Notes under the pieces: model-generated | Told to the model about the DNA's origin: nothing | Database searches by the model: none | Seen by the model: only the letters and a program-made list of their open reading frames with translations | Assembly: GCA_027317185.1 (NCBI GenBank) | Contig: DAHVFB010000004.1 | Span: 10,401-74,400 of the forward strand | Length of the DNA stretch: 64,000 nucleotides | From: Deltaproteobacteria bacterium | Lineage (GTDB): Bacteria > Desulfobacterota > Binatia > Binatales > Binataceae | Reading direction: 5' to 3' | Program-made: the position numbers and the translations under genes | Shown: positions 1 through 9,941 of the stretch, one piece after another | Position numbering within the stretch: position 1 is the stretch's first letter | How the letters are laid out: each line of letters starts with the position of its first letter

Positions 1-492
1 ACTTTTTCTGAAATTCGCCAAGCTCGAAATGGGCGGACCATCCGGCGTTATCGGCCACCGTCTGGCTCGGCAGATCGATCGTCAAGCGGTACGGCTGCTG
101 ATGGTTAGCGACCGCCCGAAAGATATGATCGACCTCGGCTTCTTTCAGAATCACCGGCAGGAAGCCGTTTTTGAACGAGTTGTTGCGGAAGATGTCCGCG
201 AATGACGGAGCGATTACCGCGCGAAAGCCAAAATCGATCAGCGCCCACGGCGCATGCTCGCGCGAGCTGCCGCAGCCGAAATTGGCGCGCGCGACCAGGA
301 TCGTGGCGTCTTTGAAGCGGGGTTGGTTAAGGACGAAATCAGGGTTTTTGATCCAATCGAAAAACAGCCCCTGACCGAGCCCGGTACGCACCACGGCCTT
401 CAAAAATTGCTTCGGGATTATCTGGTCGGTATCGACGTTCACCCGATCCAGCGGAGCCACGATTCCTTCGACGGTTGTAAACGGCTGCATCT
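1..492 (-). CDS. leuD: 3-isopropylmalate dehydratase small subunit; 5'-complete, 3' end beyond window start
   Basis: minus-strand ATG at 492 immediately downstream of the leuC stop; translation [31 protein letters not shown]...[18 protein letters not shown] matches LeuD/aconitase swivel domain; ORF track misses it because it runs off the window. Confidence 0.9.
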
Positions 493-506
493 GATCTAAT
501 CCTCGC

Positions 507-1925
507 TCAGGCGTTCGCCCATTCGCGAATGTCCACGAAATGGCCGGCCACGGCAGCCGCGGCCGCCATCGCCGGGCTCACCAGATGAGTGCGGCCGCCA
601 GCGCCTTGACGGCCTTCAAAATTGCGATTCGAGGTGCTGGCGCATCGCTCGCCCGGCTGGAGCATGTCGCCGTTCATCGCCAGGCACATCGAGCAGCCCG
701 CTTCGCGCCACTCGAACCCCGCCTCTTTGAAGATCTTATCGAGGCCGAGCTTTTCGGCCTCTGCCTTGATCTGCCATGAACCGGGCACGACCATCGCATG
801 GACTGTGTTGGCCACCCTTTTCCCACGAACGGTCTGCGCGGCGGCCTGCAGATCGGTCAAACGGGAATTGGTGCAGGAGCCGATAAAGACCCGGTCAACC
901 GCTATATCGACGATTGGCACGCCCGGCTTGAGCGCCATGTATTCCAACGCGCGGGCGGCGGACTCGCGCTGCGCCGCGTCGTCGAAGCCGGCTGGATCGG
1001 GCACTTTGCCGGTCACCTCGATAACCATCCCTGGGTTGGTTCCCCAAGTCACCTGAGGCGCAAATGAAGCCGCGTCGAAGGTGATACTGCGATCGAAGTG
1101 CGCGCCCTCGTCGGTGCGATACTTGAGCCATCGTGCGGCCGCCTGGTCGAATTCCTTTTCGCTCGGCACGAAGCGGCGTCCACGCAGATAATCGATCGTC
1201 TTTTGGTCGGCCCCTATCATCCCGGCCCGCGCGCCACCCTCAATGGTCATATTGCAGACCGTCATCCGCTCGTCCATCGAAAGCGCCTCGATGGCCTCGC
1301 CGCGATATTCGATCACGCATCCGGTGCCGCCGCTGGTTCCGATTCTGCCGATGATACCGAGGATCAGGTCCTTGGCCGAAACGCCCCGGCCCAATTTGCC
1401 GTTAACGAGGACCTCGAATGACTTCGGCTTGACCTGCCACAGGCATTGGGTGCCGAGCACGTGCCCGACCTCGCTGGTGCCGATACCGATCGCCAGTGCG
1501 CCGAGCGCGCCATGGGTGGACGTGTGGCTGTCGCCGCATACGATCGTTAACCCCGGCTGGGTCAACCCGAGCTGCGGTCCGATCACATGCACGATACCCT
1601 GTTCATGCGATCCGAGATCGAACAGGCGCAGGCCGAAGTCACGGCAATTTTTACGCATATGCTCGATCTGCAAAGCCGCGTCGGGATCGCTAATCGGGCC
1701 GGTCTGATTGATGGTTGGGACATCGTGGTCGAGGGTGCAGAAGGTGCGATCGGTCGCGCGGACTTTGCGGCCGCTGTTACGCAAGCCCTCGAACGCCTGA
1801 GGTGAAGTGACTTCGTGGACCAGATGCAGGTCGATGTACAGGAGCGCCGGGCCGTCGGGCTGCTGATAGACGACGTGATCGTTCCAAATTTTCTCAAACA
1901 GAGTTTGCGCTGCCATGGCCGACAA
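507..1925 (-). CDS. leuC: 3-isopropylmalate dehydratase large subunit
   Basis: 472 aa; aconitase-family motifs (GSCTNSR, Fe-S cysteines); leuC-leuD synteny. Confidence 0.95.
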   Translation of the reverse strand: MSAMAAQTLFEKIWNDHVVYQQPDGPALLYIDLHLVHEVTSPQAFEGLRNSGRKVRATDRTFCTLDHDVPTINQTGPISDPDAALQIEHMRKNCRDFGLRLFDLGSHEQGIVHVIGPQLGLTQPGLTIVCGDSHTSTHGALGALAIGIGTSEVGHVLGTQCLWQVKPKSFEVLVNGKLGRGVSAKDLILGIIGRIGTSGGTGCVIEYRGEAIEALSMDERMTVCNMTIEGGARAGMIGADQKTIDYLRGRRFVPSEKEFDQAAARWLKYRTDEGAHFDRSITFDAASFAPQVTWGTNPGMVIEVTGKVPDPAGFDDAAQRESAARALEYMALKPGVPIVDIAVDRVFIGSCTNSRLTDLQAAAQTVRGKRVANTVHAMVVPGSWQIKAEAEKLGLDKIFKEAGFEWREAGCSMCLAMNGDMLQPGERCASTSNRNFEGRQGAGGRTHLVSPAMAAAAAVAGHFVDIREWANA

Positions 1926-1975
1926 TCCGCCTCCTAATCGTAACCGCTATCCTTGCCCGGAACTCCCGGCGATTT

Positions 1976-2061
1976 GGTGCGAGGGGCGGGACTTGAACCC
2001 GCACGGTATTTCTACCACGAGCCCCTCAAACTCGCGTGTCTGCCGTTCCACCACCCTCGCA
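1976..2061 (-). tRNA. tRNA-Leu, anticodon GAG, 86 nt, encoded CCA
   Basis: reverse complement reads GCGAGGGTGGTGGAACGGCAGACACGCGAGTTTGAGGGGCTCGTGGTAGAAATACCGTGCGGGTTCAAGTCCCGCCCCTCGCACCA; 7-bp acceptor stem, long variable arm, T-loop GGTTCAAGTCC; anticodon loop TTGAGGG with stem CGAGT/GCTCG gives anticodon GAG; sits directly after secG as in the E. coli secG-leuU arrangement. Confidence 0.9.
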
Positions 2062-2074
2062 CATCAGACTTAGA

Positions 2075-2425
2075 TCAATGATTCGCCGGCGTCGGCGCCC
2101 GCCCGCCAGCGGGCGCGGCCGGCCTTTCCTGCGGAGCCGATTTTACCGGAGCCGGAGACGAAGGAAACGACCTGCCGTTAAAAATACTGCTGGTCACCCG
2201 GCGCGTTGAAGCATATGCCAGAAGCAGCGAGGTGACGAAAAACACGGTCGCCAGGGCATAGGTGGTCTTGGTCAATATGTTGCCTGCCCCGCCGGCGCCG
2301 AACACGGTTTGACTGGAACCGCCAAAAACCGCGCCGATATCGGCGCCTTTGCCCTGCTGGAGCAGCACCACGATAACAATTGAGATGCAAACCAAAATGT
2401 GAACAATGACAACCGCTGTGATCAT
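2075..2425 (-). CDS. secG: preprotein translocase subunit SecG
   Basis: 116 aa, two TM helices, conserved LLQQGKGADIGA motif. Confidence 0.9.
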   Translation of the reverse strand: MITAVVIVHILVCISIVIVVLLQQGKGADIGAVFGGSSQTVFGAGGAGNILTKTTYALATVFFVTSLLLAYASTRRVTSSIFNGRSFPSSPAPVKSAPQERPAAPAGGRAPTPANH

Positions 2426-2465
2426 TTAGAACAATGCTTCCAATAGAAACGATGCTTTCGAGTGT

Positions 2466-3239
2466 CTAATTGGCGGGTGCTCGTGCGATGCGCGTAAACG
2501 ACTCAGCCTTCAAGCTTGCCCCGCCGACCAGAGCCCCGTCAATATCCGGATGAACGATGAGCGAGTCAATATTATCGACCGTAACGCTTCCACCATAGAG
2601 GATACGGACGGCTTCCGCGGTCTGCGGACTGTACTGGTCGCGCATCAGCTCGCGGATAGCGCCGTGAACCGTTCCCGCCTGTTCCGCGGTGGCATTGCGG
2701 CCCGTGCCGATCGCCCACACCGGCTCATAGGCGATTACCACCCGCGCCACTTCGTCGCGCGCGATACCTTCCAGGCCGAGCTGAAGCTGCGACACCACCA
2801 CCGCGAGGGTCGAACCGGCATCATGTTCGGCCGCAGTTTCGCCCACGCACAGAATCGGTGTCATGCCGTGACGCAAGGCAGCGATCACCTTTTTGTTGAT
2901 CATCGCATTGTCCTCGCGAAAGATGTGACGCCGCTCAGAATGGCCGACAATCACGTAAACCACGCCGAATTCCTTGAGCATCGGGGGCGAAACCTCGCCG
3001 GTGAACGCGCCGCGATCCTCGAAGTGCATATTTTGCGCGCCCAGCATGATGCACGAGCCGAAAATTTCCCGCGCCACCGTCGCGATGTTTATCGCGGGCG
3101 GAGCGATCATCACCTCGCGATCGCTGCTGAAGCGGGCGGCATCGCGGTCGAGCTCCTTGCGCAAAGCCGCGGCGAGGACTTGCGACTCGCCCGCGATCAG
3201 GTTCATCTTCCAGTTTCCGGCGAACAGTAATCTTCGCAT
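2466..3239 (-). CDS. tpiA: triosephosphate isomerase
   Basis: 257 aa; AGNWKMN start, VGHSERR and GGASLK motifs. Confidence 0.95.
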   Translation of the reverse strand: MRRLLFAGNWKMNLIAGESQVLAAALRKELDRDAARFSSDREVMIAPPAINIATVAREIFGSCIMLGAQNMHFEDRGAFTGEVSPPMLKEFGVVYVIVGHSERRHIFREDNAMINKKVIAALRHGMTPILCVGETAAEHDAGSTLAVVVSQLQLGLEGIARDEVARVVIAYEPVWAIGTGRNATAEQAGTVHGAIRELMRDQYSPQTAEAVRILYGGSVTVDNIDSLIVHPDIDGALVGGASLKAESFTRIARAPAN

Positions 3240-3261
3240 GTTTAATAGCTGGTCCGGTGGT

Positions 3262-4437
3262 TTATCGTTCGAGCGCCTTGACGCCCGGCAGCTCGCGGCC
3301 TTCGAGATACTCCAAGGTCGCGCCGCCGCCAGTTGAAATGTGCGTAAAGCTTTTTGACCACGGTTGACCTTCGAGCGCCGCCGCGGTATCGCCGCCTCCG
3401 ATCAGGCTCCGCAACCCCGGCTGGTTGGCAATCGCCTCACCGATCTTCAAGGTCCCCTGAGCGAAGGCGGGAAGCTCGAAAAATCCAAGCGGCCCATTCC
3501 ATATAACCATTCTGGCGGCAGCCAGCCGCGCGCGAAATTCATCGACCGTGCGCGGACCGATATCGAGGCCCATCATGTCGGCCGGAATAACCTCGACGAC
3601 TTGTGGTGTGGCGGCAGCATCCGGAGATGGTGCGACCACATGGTCGACCGGCAGCACCAGCTCGACCTTGCGTTGCGCCGCTTCGGCCCACAGCTCCAAC
3701 GCCAGTTGCTGCTTGTCATCCTCCACCAGCGAGCGCCCAATCGGAATGTTGCGGGCCTTGAGAAAGGTGTATGCCATCGCACCGCCGATCATCAGCATAT
3801 TGACCTTGGTGAACAGGCTTCGGATCACCCCGATTTTGTCGGACACCTTGGCCCCGCCCAGAATGGCGACCAGCGGATGGTCGGGATTTTGCGTGAACTG
3901 GTGCAAGCCCTCGAGCTCGCGCATCATCAAAAAGCCGGCCGCCTTATCGGGTAAAAACGCCATCACGCCGGCAGTCGAGGCATGGGCGCGATGGGCACTG
4001 CCAAAGGCGTCGTTGACGTAAGCGCTTTTGCCACGCGCCAGTTCGTGCGAAAAATCGGGGCTGTTCGCCTCCTCCTCGGGATGGAAGCGCAAGTTTTCGA
4101 GCAGCAGCGCGTCGCCCATCGCCAACATCGCGACCATTCTGCCGGTCACTTCCCCAATGCAATCCGGGGCCATCGCCACTTTCTTTCCGAGGATCTTAGT
4201 CAGATAGGCCGCGACCGGCTTGAGACTCAGCGCGGGTGTGCGTTCTTTGGGCCGGCCCAGATGCGAGCAGAGGATCGCCGCGCCGCCATGATCGATTACA
4301 TAGCGGATGGTTTCGAGGCTTTCGTCAATGCGCATGGTATCGGCAATCTCGCCGTCCTTGAGCGGAACGTTGAAATCGCACCGGACCAGAACCCGCTTGC
4401 CCGCCAGATCCAATTGCGAAACAGGTACAATATGCAT
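3262..4437 (-). CDS. pgk: phosphoglycerate kinase
   Basis: PGK N-terminus (LAGKRVLVRCDFNVP) begins at the internal Met MHIVPV; longer ORF start at 4494 would overlap gap. Confidence 0.92.
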   Translation of the reverse strand: MHIVPVSQLDLAGKRVLVRCDFNVPLKDGEIADTMRIDESLETIRYVIDHGGAAILCSHLGRPKERTPALSLKPVAAYLTKILGKKVAMAPDCIGEVTGRMVAMLAMGDALLLENLRFHPEEEANSPDFSHELARGKSAYVNDAFGSAHRAHASTAGVMAFLPDKAAGFLMMRELEGLHQFTQNPDHPLVAILGGAKVSDKIGVIRSLFTKVNMLMIGGAMAYTFLKARNIPIGRSLVEDDKQQLALELWAEAAQRKVELVLPVDHVVAPSPDAAATPQVVEVIPADMMGLDIGPRTVDEFRARLAAARMVIWNGPLGFFELPAFAQGTLKIGEAIANQPGLRSLIGGGDTAAALEGQPWSKSFTHISTGGGATLEYLEGRELPGVKALER

Positions 4438-4456
4438 GATGGATTCGCGGCGCGTT

Positions 4457-5461
4457 CTACAAGCTTGCGGCGACGAATGCGGTCGCATCGGCAAGCCGGC
4501 ACGAATAGCCCCATTCGTTATCGTACCAGGAGAACACTTTCACCAGATTGCCGTCGATCACCTTGGTCAGTGGCGCGTCGAAAATCGACGAATGCGAATT
4601 TTCGTTGAAATCCACCGAGACCAGCGGCAGTTCGTTGTAGGCTAAAATCCCTTTCAAAGCGCCGTCGGCTGCGGTTCGCACCGCGGAGTTGACGCCCTGC
4701 ACGTCGGTCTTGCGCTCGACCACCGCTGTCAGATCAACGATCGAGACGTTCGCGGTCGGGACGCGGATCGCTATCCCATCGAGCTTTCCATTCAGCGCGG
4801 GCAGGACCAAACCAATCGCTTTGGCGGCTCCGGTCGAGGTCGGAACCATCGATAGCGCCGAGGCGCGTGCCCGCCGCAGGTCCTTATGCGGCCCATCCAC
4901 CAGCATCTGATCGCCGGTGTACGAGTGTACCGTGGTCATCAGGCCGTGCACGATGCCAAAGCTCTCGTGCAGCACCTTGGCCACCGGAGCCAGGCAGTTG
5001 GTGGTGCAAGAGGCATTGGAGATCACCTGATGCTTGCGTGGATCGTACGCCTGATGGTTGACGCCCATGCACAGGGTCACATCCGAATCTTCACCCGGCG
5101 CGCTGATGATCACCTTTTTCGCCCCGGCCTGAAGATGGGCGGCGGCCCGGTCCCGCCTGGTGAACAGGCCGGTCGATTCGACCACCACCTCCACCCCGAG
5201 GTTGGACCACGGCAGCTTTGCCGGATCGCGTTCGGCGACTACCGTCAACGCCCGGCCATCGATAATGATTTGATTGCCCTCGGACCTGATTTGCTGTTCG
5301 AGCGTGCCGTGCACCGAATCGAATTTCAGCAGATGCGCGAGCGTGGAAGCGTCGGTGATATCGTTGACCGCGACCACTTCAAGGTCTTTATGTTTCAGAG
5401 CTGCGCGAAAAAACATTCGGCCAATCCGGCCGAACCCGTTTATAGCGATCCTGGCCGCCAC
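4457..5461 (-). CDS. gap: glyceraldehyde-3-phosphate dehydrogenase
   Basis: 334 aa; INGFGRIGR Rossmann motif, SCTTNCLAP active-site Cys. Confidence 0.95.
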   Translation of the reverse strand: MAARIAINGFGRIGRMFFRAALKHKDLEVVAVNDITDASTLAHLLKFDSVHGTLEQQIRSEGNQIIIDGRALTVVAERDPAKLPWSNLGVEVVVESTGLFTRRDRAAAHLQAGAKKVIISAPGEDSDVTLCMGVNHQAYDPRKHQVISNASCTTNCLAPVAKVLHESFGIVHGLMTTVHSYTGDQMLVDGPHKDLRRARASALSMVPTSTGAAKAIGLVLPALNGKLDGIAIRVPTANVSIVDLTAVVERKTDVQGVNSAVRTAADGALKGILAYNELPLVSVDFNENSHSSIFDAPLTKVIDGNLVKVFSWYDNEWGYSCRLADATAFVAASL

Positions 5462-5822
5462 TAGTCCGTTCCTCCTTAAGCTGGGAAACCAGATTCAAGA
5501 CAGCTTCCAACAATCGGTAAGCTTATCCAGACCTGTCACGCTAGAAAACCTAGCACAAACCAATCGTGAAGTTATGACAGGTGTTGCACGGTGTGACGTT
5601 ATCGCCCGAACGATCTGTCAGTTCTATCCAGCCGGGACAATTGCAAAGTGGACCAGACGCATATGATGAAGCGAGCGATTTTCCAGCGGTGCGAGCTGCC
5701 GCCGGACGGCGAAGTCGTCGGCCGCCGGAAAAAATGCCGTTCGGACCGCAGTTTCGCCGCAGGCTGTTTCAGATCCGCTGCGAATCCGTATAATTGAGGC
5801 GGTTTCGAGCTGAGCGGGTTAT

Positions 5823-6533
5823 ATGTTCCACGAGCTTAGCGGAAGTGGGGTTGGGATAACGGACTTAATTTTTAGTACAGGCCCCTTCGTACAGGGGATT
5901 CTGGCGCTGCTCGCATTTTTCTCAGTCACAAGCTGGGGAATAATTCTCTACAAATTCAGCCAGATATCTTACGCCCGGCGTGAGTCGGAGCGTTTTATCG
6001 CGATCTTTTGGGAATCGAAGAATCTGGCCGCCATCCACACCGCCAGCGCCGGCCTCAAGCGCAGCCCGGTCGCCCAGGTGTTTCGGGCCGGTTATCAGGA
6101 ACTGTTGCAGCTCACGCGCGCCAAACGTCAGGCGGTGGGCGCGGAAGGCGGCTTTTCCACCGATCTGATTGGAGTGGAAAACGTCAACCGTGCGATGAAA
6201 CGCCAGCAGAATGTCGAGTTGACTAAACTCGAGAGTGGACTTCCGTTTCTGGCAACCACTGCCTCGACCTGTCCCTTTATCGGCCTTCTGGGCACGGTTT
6301 GGGGCATCATGACCGCCTTCATGGGCCTGTCGGCGGCGCACACCTCGAATATCCAGGCAGTCGCCCCAGGTATCGCGGCGGCGCTGATTACCACGCTGGG
6401 CGGTCTGATCGCGGCCATCCCGGCGCAGGCCCTGTATAACCATCTGAACGCCAAGGTACGCGAACTGGATATCGAGATGAGCAATTTTGTTTCCGAATTC
6501 CTGAATATCGCGGAGCGCCATTTCCTGTCGTAG
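5823..6533 (+). CDS. tolQ: Tol-Pal system protein TolQ (MotA/TolQ/ExbB proton channel)
   Basis: 236 aa, three TM segments, MotA/ExbB family; first gene of a tolQRAB-pal-cpoB cluster. Confidence 0.9.
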   Translation: MFHELSGSGVGITDLIFSTGPFVQGILALLAFFSVTSWGIILYKFSQISYARRESERFIAIFWESKNLAAIHTASAGLKRSPVAQVFRAGYQELLQLTRAKRQAVGAEGGFSTDLIGVENVNRAMKRQQNVELTKLESGLPFLATTASTCPFIGLLGTVWGIMTAFMGLSAAHTSNIQAVAPGIAAALITTLGGLIAAIPAQALYNHLNAKVRELDIEMSNFVSEFLNIAERHFLS

Positions 6534-6556
6534 CAGGGGGGTGAGGCGGCTTAACG

Positions 6557-7018
6557 ATGGCATTCGAACCCGGACAGCGCGGTCAACTGGTTTCGCAGAT
6601 AAACGTCACGCCGCTGGTGGACGTGATGCTGGTGCTGTTGCTGATCTTTATGGTCACCGCGCCGATAATCCAGCAGGGCGTCCAGGTGACTTTGCCGCGC
6701 GTCAAGGCGCAGGCGCTGCCCGGCAAGGAACAACAATTCATCGTCTCGGTGACGCGCAACAACGGGCTTTATCTTAACGACACCCATATGACCCGCGACG
6801 AGCTGACCGGCAAGTTGCGTGCGATTTCGAAGGAACGGCCCGATCGCGAGGTCTTCATCCGCGCCGATCATTCCGTCGCTTACGGTGAGGTGGTTTCGAC
6901 CATGGCGGCAATCAAAGCTGCCGGAATCGACAATGTGGGGTTGGTGACAGAAATGCCAGCCGCGGGAGAGCAGCCCTCCGCGCCGAACGAGCACGCTCGT
7001 GGCACGTCCGGACCTTAA
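6557..7018 (+). CDS. tolR: Tol-Pal system protein TolR (ExbD/TolR)
   Basis: 153 aa; NVTPLVDVMLVLLLIFMV TM signature typical of ExbD/TolR. Confidence 0.9.
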   Translation: MAFEPGQRGQLVSQINVTPLVDVMLVLLLIFMVTAPIIQQGVQVTLPRVKAQALPGKEQQFIVSVTRNNGLYLNDTHMTRDELTGKLRAISKERPDREVFIRADHSVAYGEVVSTMAAIKAAGIDNVGLVTEMPAAGEQPSAPNEHARGTSGP

Positions 7019-8000
7019 TGGCGGGCGGCGGCGCCTCGGCTATTTCGCGGCGATAATTGTCTCGGCGCTGGTTCACGCGGGTCTTATCGCACTGCTGCTG
7101 TTCGTTCTGCCCGGATTGCTGGTGCCGAACCGTGTAACGCCCCCATCATACACGGTAAAAATAGTCGACAATCTGCCGGCGGGCGATCTGGGCACCCATC
7201 TGCCGCCGCTGGCCAGCCGCAAGCTGATCCGCAAACAGGAAAAACCGCAGGAGCAGCCCAAATCGCAGATTCTTCCACCGCGGGAGCCTGACGATCCCCA
7301 TGCGCTGGCGCTGAACGTCAAGACCAAACCTACGCCGACGCGCACGCCCAGACCGACGCCTGCGCCGACGGCCACCGCCAGGCCGCATACCCGACGCACA
7401 CCGCGCCCGACTCCGCGGCATCGGATGCGGCCCACGCCGACGCCCACGCCAGTCGCTCGCCGCCGTCATGACCAGCGACCGCGCAAAGCGCAGCCGAAGC
7501 CGAGTATCATGATCGCGAAGGCGGAGCCGACGCCGAGCATGCGGGACGAATTAAGGCGGATTCACGATCAACTTGAACAACAAAGCAAGAAACTGCGGCA
7601 TTCACGTTCCAATCCCGAGGGGGAAAGCGGACCGGTGGAGGCCAGCAGGAATCTCGGAGGAAGCGGTTACGGGGTCGGCAAGGATGCCGGTAGTATGGGC
7701 ATTCAAAATGATCCCGAATTTCTGCTCTACTATCAAACGTTGCAGGAGCGGATTAAAGCGGCGTGGAGTTTTCCGGGAAGCAACCGCGATCTTATCACCA
7801 CTGCGCTGTTCGCGATTGACGCCAATGGCAATCTGATGGGTGTCAAGGTGGTGGACAGTTCCCATAACGAATCGTTTGACGACTCGGTGATTCGTGCAAT
7901 CCGGCGCGCCGGACCGTTTCCGCCGCCGCCGGGCAAGTATCGCAATCAGTTCGCCCAGGGCGTCAAAGCGGTGTTTAAGCTGGGAGATTTGCAATCCTGA
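6999..8000 (+). CDS. tolA: TolA / TonB-C-terminal-domain protein with Pro/Thr/Arg-rich linker
   Basis: GTG start overlapping the tolR stop; N-terminal TM, long low-complexity linker (TPTRTPRPTPAPT...), TonB/TolA-type C-terminal domain; position between tolR and tolB. Confidence 0.8.
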   Translation: MARPDLNGGRRRLGYFAAIIVSALVHAGLIALLLFVLPGLLVPNRVTPPSYTVKIVDNLPAGDLGTHLPPLASRKLIRKQEKPQEQPKSQILPPREPDDPHALALNVKTKPTPTRTPRPTPAPTATARPHTRRTPRPTPRHRMRPTPTPTPVARRRHDQRPRKAQPKPSIMIAKAEPTPSMRDELRRIHDQLEQQSKKLRHSRSNPEGESGPVEASRNLGGSGYGVGKDAGSMGIQNDPEFLLYYQTLQERIKAAWSFPGSNRDLITTALFAIDANGNLMGVKVVDSSHNESFDDSVIRAIRRAGPFPPPPGKYRNQFAQGVKAVFKLGDLQS

Positions 8001-8069
8001 GGCGGTTGCCGGCAGGCAGTGAGGCGGCGGTTGAGATCGATCTTCAGTTCCACAGGTGCCAGGACAAAC

Positions 8070-9401
8070 ATGAGACGGCTTATCCCTGTACTTATTCCTG
8101 TAATTGCAAGCTTGATTTTGTTCCCACTGCTGATGGGCGGAATTGGCGCGGCGGATGAACTGCCGGCGCTGCAGGTGGTGGGCGCGGGACAGCAATATAA
8201 AATTGCGACCTCCGGGCTTAAGAATCTGGCCGGCGATGACCAGGGCCGGATTTCCTCGAGCTTCGCGATCACGCTCGCACGCAATCTTAAACTTTCCGGT
8301 TACTTCAAGATCATCGACCCGGCTTCATATATCGAGAAGCCGCAGGACTCCGGTTACGACCTCGGGCAGTTCAATTTCGCCGACTGGAGTTCGCTCAAGG
8401 CCGAGTTCCTGGTCAAGGGTGCGGTCGAGGTCAGGAATGGACAGGTGTCGCTGGTGGCGATGCTGTTCGACGTGGCTCAGCAGCAACGCATGATGGGCAA
8501 GCGGTTTACCGGCTCGACTGCCGACGTGCAGGAGATGGCGCGGCGGTTCGCCGATGCGGTGATGCAATCAATTACCGGCAAGCGCGGGCCTTTCGATACC
8601 AAATTGGCCTACGTTTCGACTCGCGGCGGAAGATTCAAGGAAGTATACGTTTCCCATCTGGATGGCAGCGGCGCTTTCCAGATCACCAACAACCCGACCA
8701 TCAATTTGTTTCCTCATTTCGACAAAACCGTGCATCATCTGATTTATCTTTCTTATAAAACAGATGAACCGGCGCTTTACGTGGTCGATTTGAACGCGAA
8801 GCGCGAGGTAAGAATCACCAGCGATCGCGGACGAATGGTCGGTGGGGCGCTGACCTCCGATGGCAACCGGATTGTGGCGGCGATTGAACACGGGGGCTAT
8901 ACCAATCTCTATCTGCTCAGCAGTTCGGGCAACCGCCTCAAAGCGCTTACCAACGATCGAGCGATTAACGTGAATCCGGCCGTTTCACCGGACGGTACTC
9001 AGATCGCCTTTTGTTCCGATCGGTCGGGCCGTCCGCAGATTTATGTGATGCCGCTTCAAGGTGGCGCGCCGCGCCGGGTGACATACCAGGGCAGCTATAA
9101 CACCGCACCCTCGTTTAATCCGGATGGGAGTAAAATCGCTTACGAGAGCCGCGAAGGCGGGCGCTTCGATATTTATACGATACCTACCGCAGGGGGTAAT
9201 CCGATCCGGCTCACTACCGGCGGCAGCAACACTTCGCCCTCGTGGTCACCGGATGGCCGTTATATAGCGTTCAGTTCGACGCGCGGCGGCCGTGCGCGGA
9301 TATATATTATGCAGGCGAACAACCCTAACATTATGTCTGCCATTACGGAGGAAAACGGCAATGATACTAGCCCAGCGTGGTCGTGGTGGTTGGGAGAATA
9401 A
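8070..9401 (+). CDS. tolB: Tol-Pal system beta-propeller protein TolB
   Basis: signal peptide from MRRLIPVLIPV; TolB N-domain plus repeated PAWSPDG-type propeller blades. Confidence 0.92.
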   Translation: MRRLIPVLIPVIASLILFPLLMGGIGAADELPALQVVGAGQQYKIATSGLKNLAGDDQGRISSSFAITLARNLKLSGYFKIIDPASYIEKPQDSGYDLGQFNFADWSSLKAEFLVKGAVEVRNGQVSLVAMLFDVAQQQRMMGKRFTGSTADVQEMARRFADAVMQSITGKRGPFDTKLAYVSTRGGRFKEVYVSHLDGSGAFQITNNPTINLFPHFDKTVHHLIYLSYKTDEPALYVVDLNAKREVRITSDRGRMVGGALTSDGNRIVAAIEHGGYTNLYLLSSSGNRLKALTNDRAINVNPAVSPDGTQIAFCSDRSGRPQIYVMPLQGGAPRRVTYQGSYNTAPSFNPDGSKIAYESREGGRFDIYTIPTAGGNPIRLTTGGSNTSPSWSPDGRYIAFSSTRGGRARIYIMQANNPNIMSAITEENGNDTSPAWSWWLGE

Positions 9402-9936
9402 CAGTGGACGGCTGTGCCGCGCGGCGGCGCTGCTGTTCGTAACGGTTGCGTTGGCGACGGCGGGATGTTCGTCGAACAAGTCGCAGCAGCCCGGCGCGAA
9501 CGGCGCGAATCCGAACGGTGGCATTGGCAGTGAAGGCATCGGCGGCAACGGCGGCGGCTCGCTCAACAAATTCAAAAACGGGGAGAACCTCGGCGGGAAC
9601 GGGCCGCTGGCCGATGTTCATTTCGGCTACAACGATTATACCATCAGCGATCAGGACGGTGCGGTGCTCAAGAGCAACGCCAAATGGCTGCAGGACAATC
9701 CTGGCAAGCGGGTCCAGATCGAGGGCCATTGCGACGATCGCGGTTCGGAGGAATACAACATCGCGCTGGGCGCCCGCCGCGCCCAGGCGGCGAAGGATTA
9801 TCTCGAAACGCTCGGCATTTCGGCCGATCGCATGTCGACCATCAGTTACGGTAAAGAGTTGCCGCTGTGCACCGAACAGAACGATGATTGCTGGGCGCAG
9901 AATCGGCGCGATCATTTCGTGATTCAGGGGTCGTGA
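9361..9936 (+). CDS. pal: peptidoglycan-associated lipoprotein Pal (OmpA-family)
   Basis: lipobox LATAGC; OmpA-like domain (NIALGARRAQAAKDYL); start chosen at ATG 9361, overlapping the tolB 3' end. Confidence 0.88.
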   Translation: MILAQRGRGGWENNSGRLCRAAALLFVTVALATAGCSSNKSQQPGANGANPNGGIGSEGIGGNGGGSLNKFKNGENLGGNGPLADVHFGYNDYTISDQDGAVLKSNAKWLQDNPGKRVQIEGHCDDRGSEEYNIALGARRAQAAKDYLETLGISADRMSTISYGKELPLCTEQNDDCWAQNRRDHFVIQGS

Positions 9937-9941
9937 ACCCG

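Noticed and set aside
2550-3230. A 226-aa plus-strand ORF, and similar long antisense ORFs at 895-1131, 7073-7447, 15820-16866, 17219-18082, 33279-34180 and 53106-53732.
   Set aside because: Each lies entirely antisense to a confidently identified conserved gene. High GC content produces long spurious open frames, and the translations are low-complexity Arg/Ala/Pro-rich.
9292-9401. Whether pal should start after the tolB stop, at a non-ATG codon, rather than overlapping tolB by 41 nt.
   Set aside because: The ATG at 9361 gives a canonical lipoprotein signal with a positively charged n-region and a LATAGC lipobox. No better in-frame start with an RBS lies downstream, and short tolB-pal overlaps are plausible.
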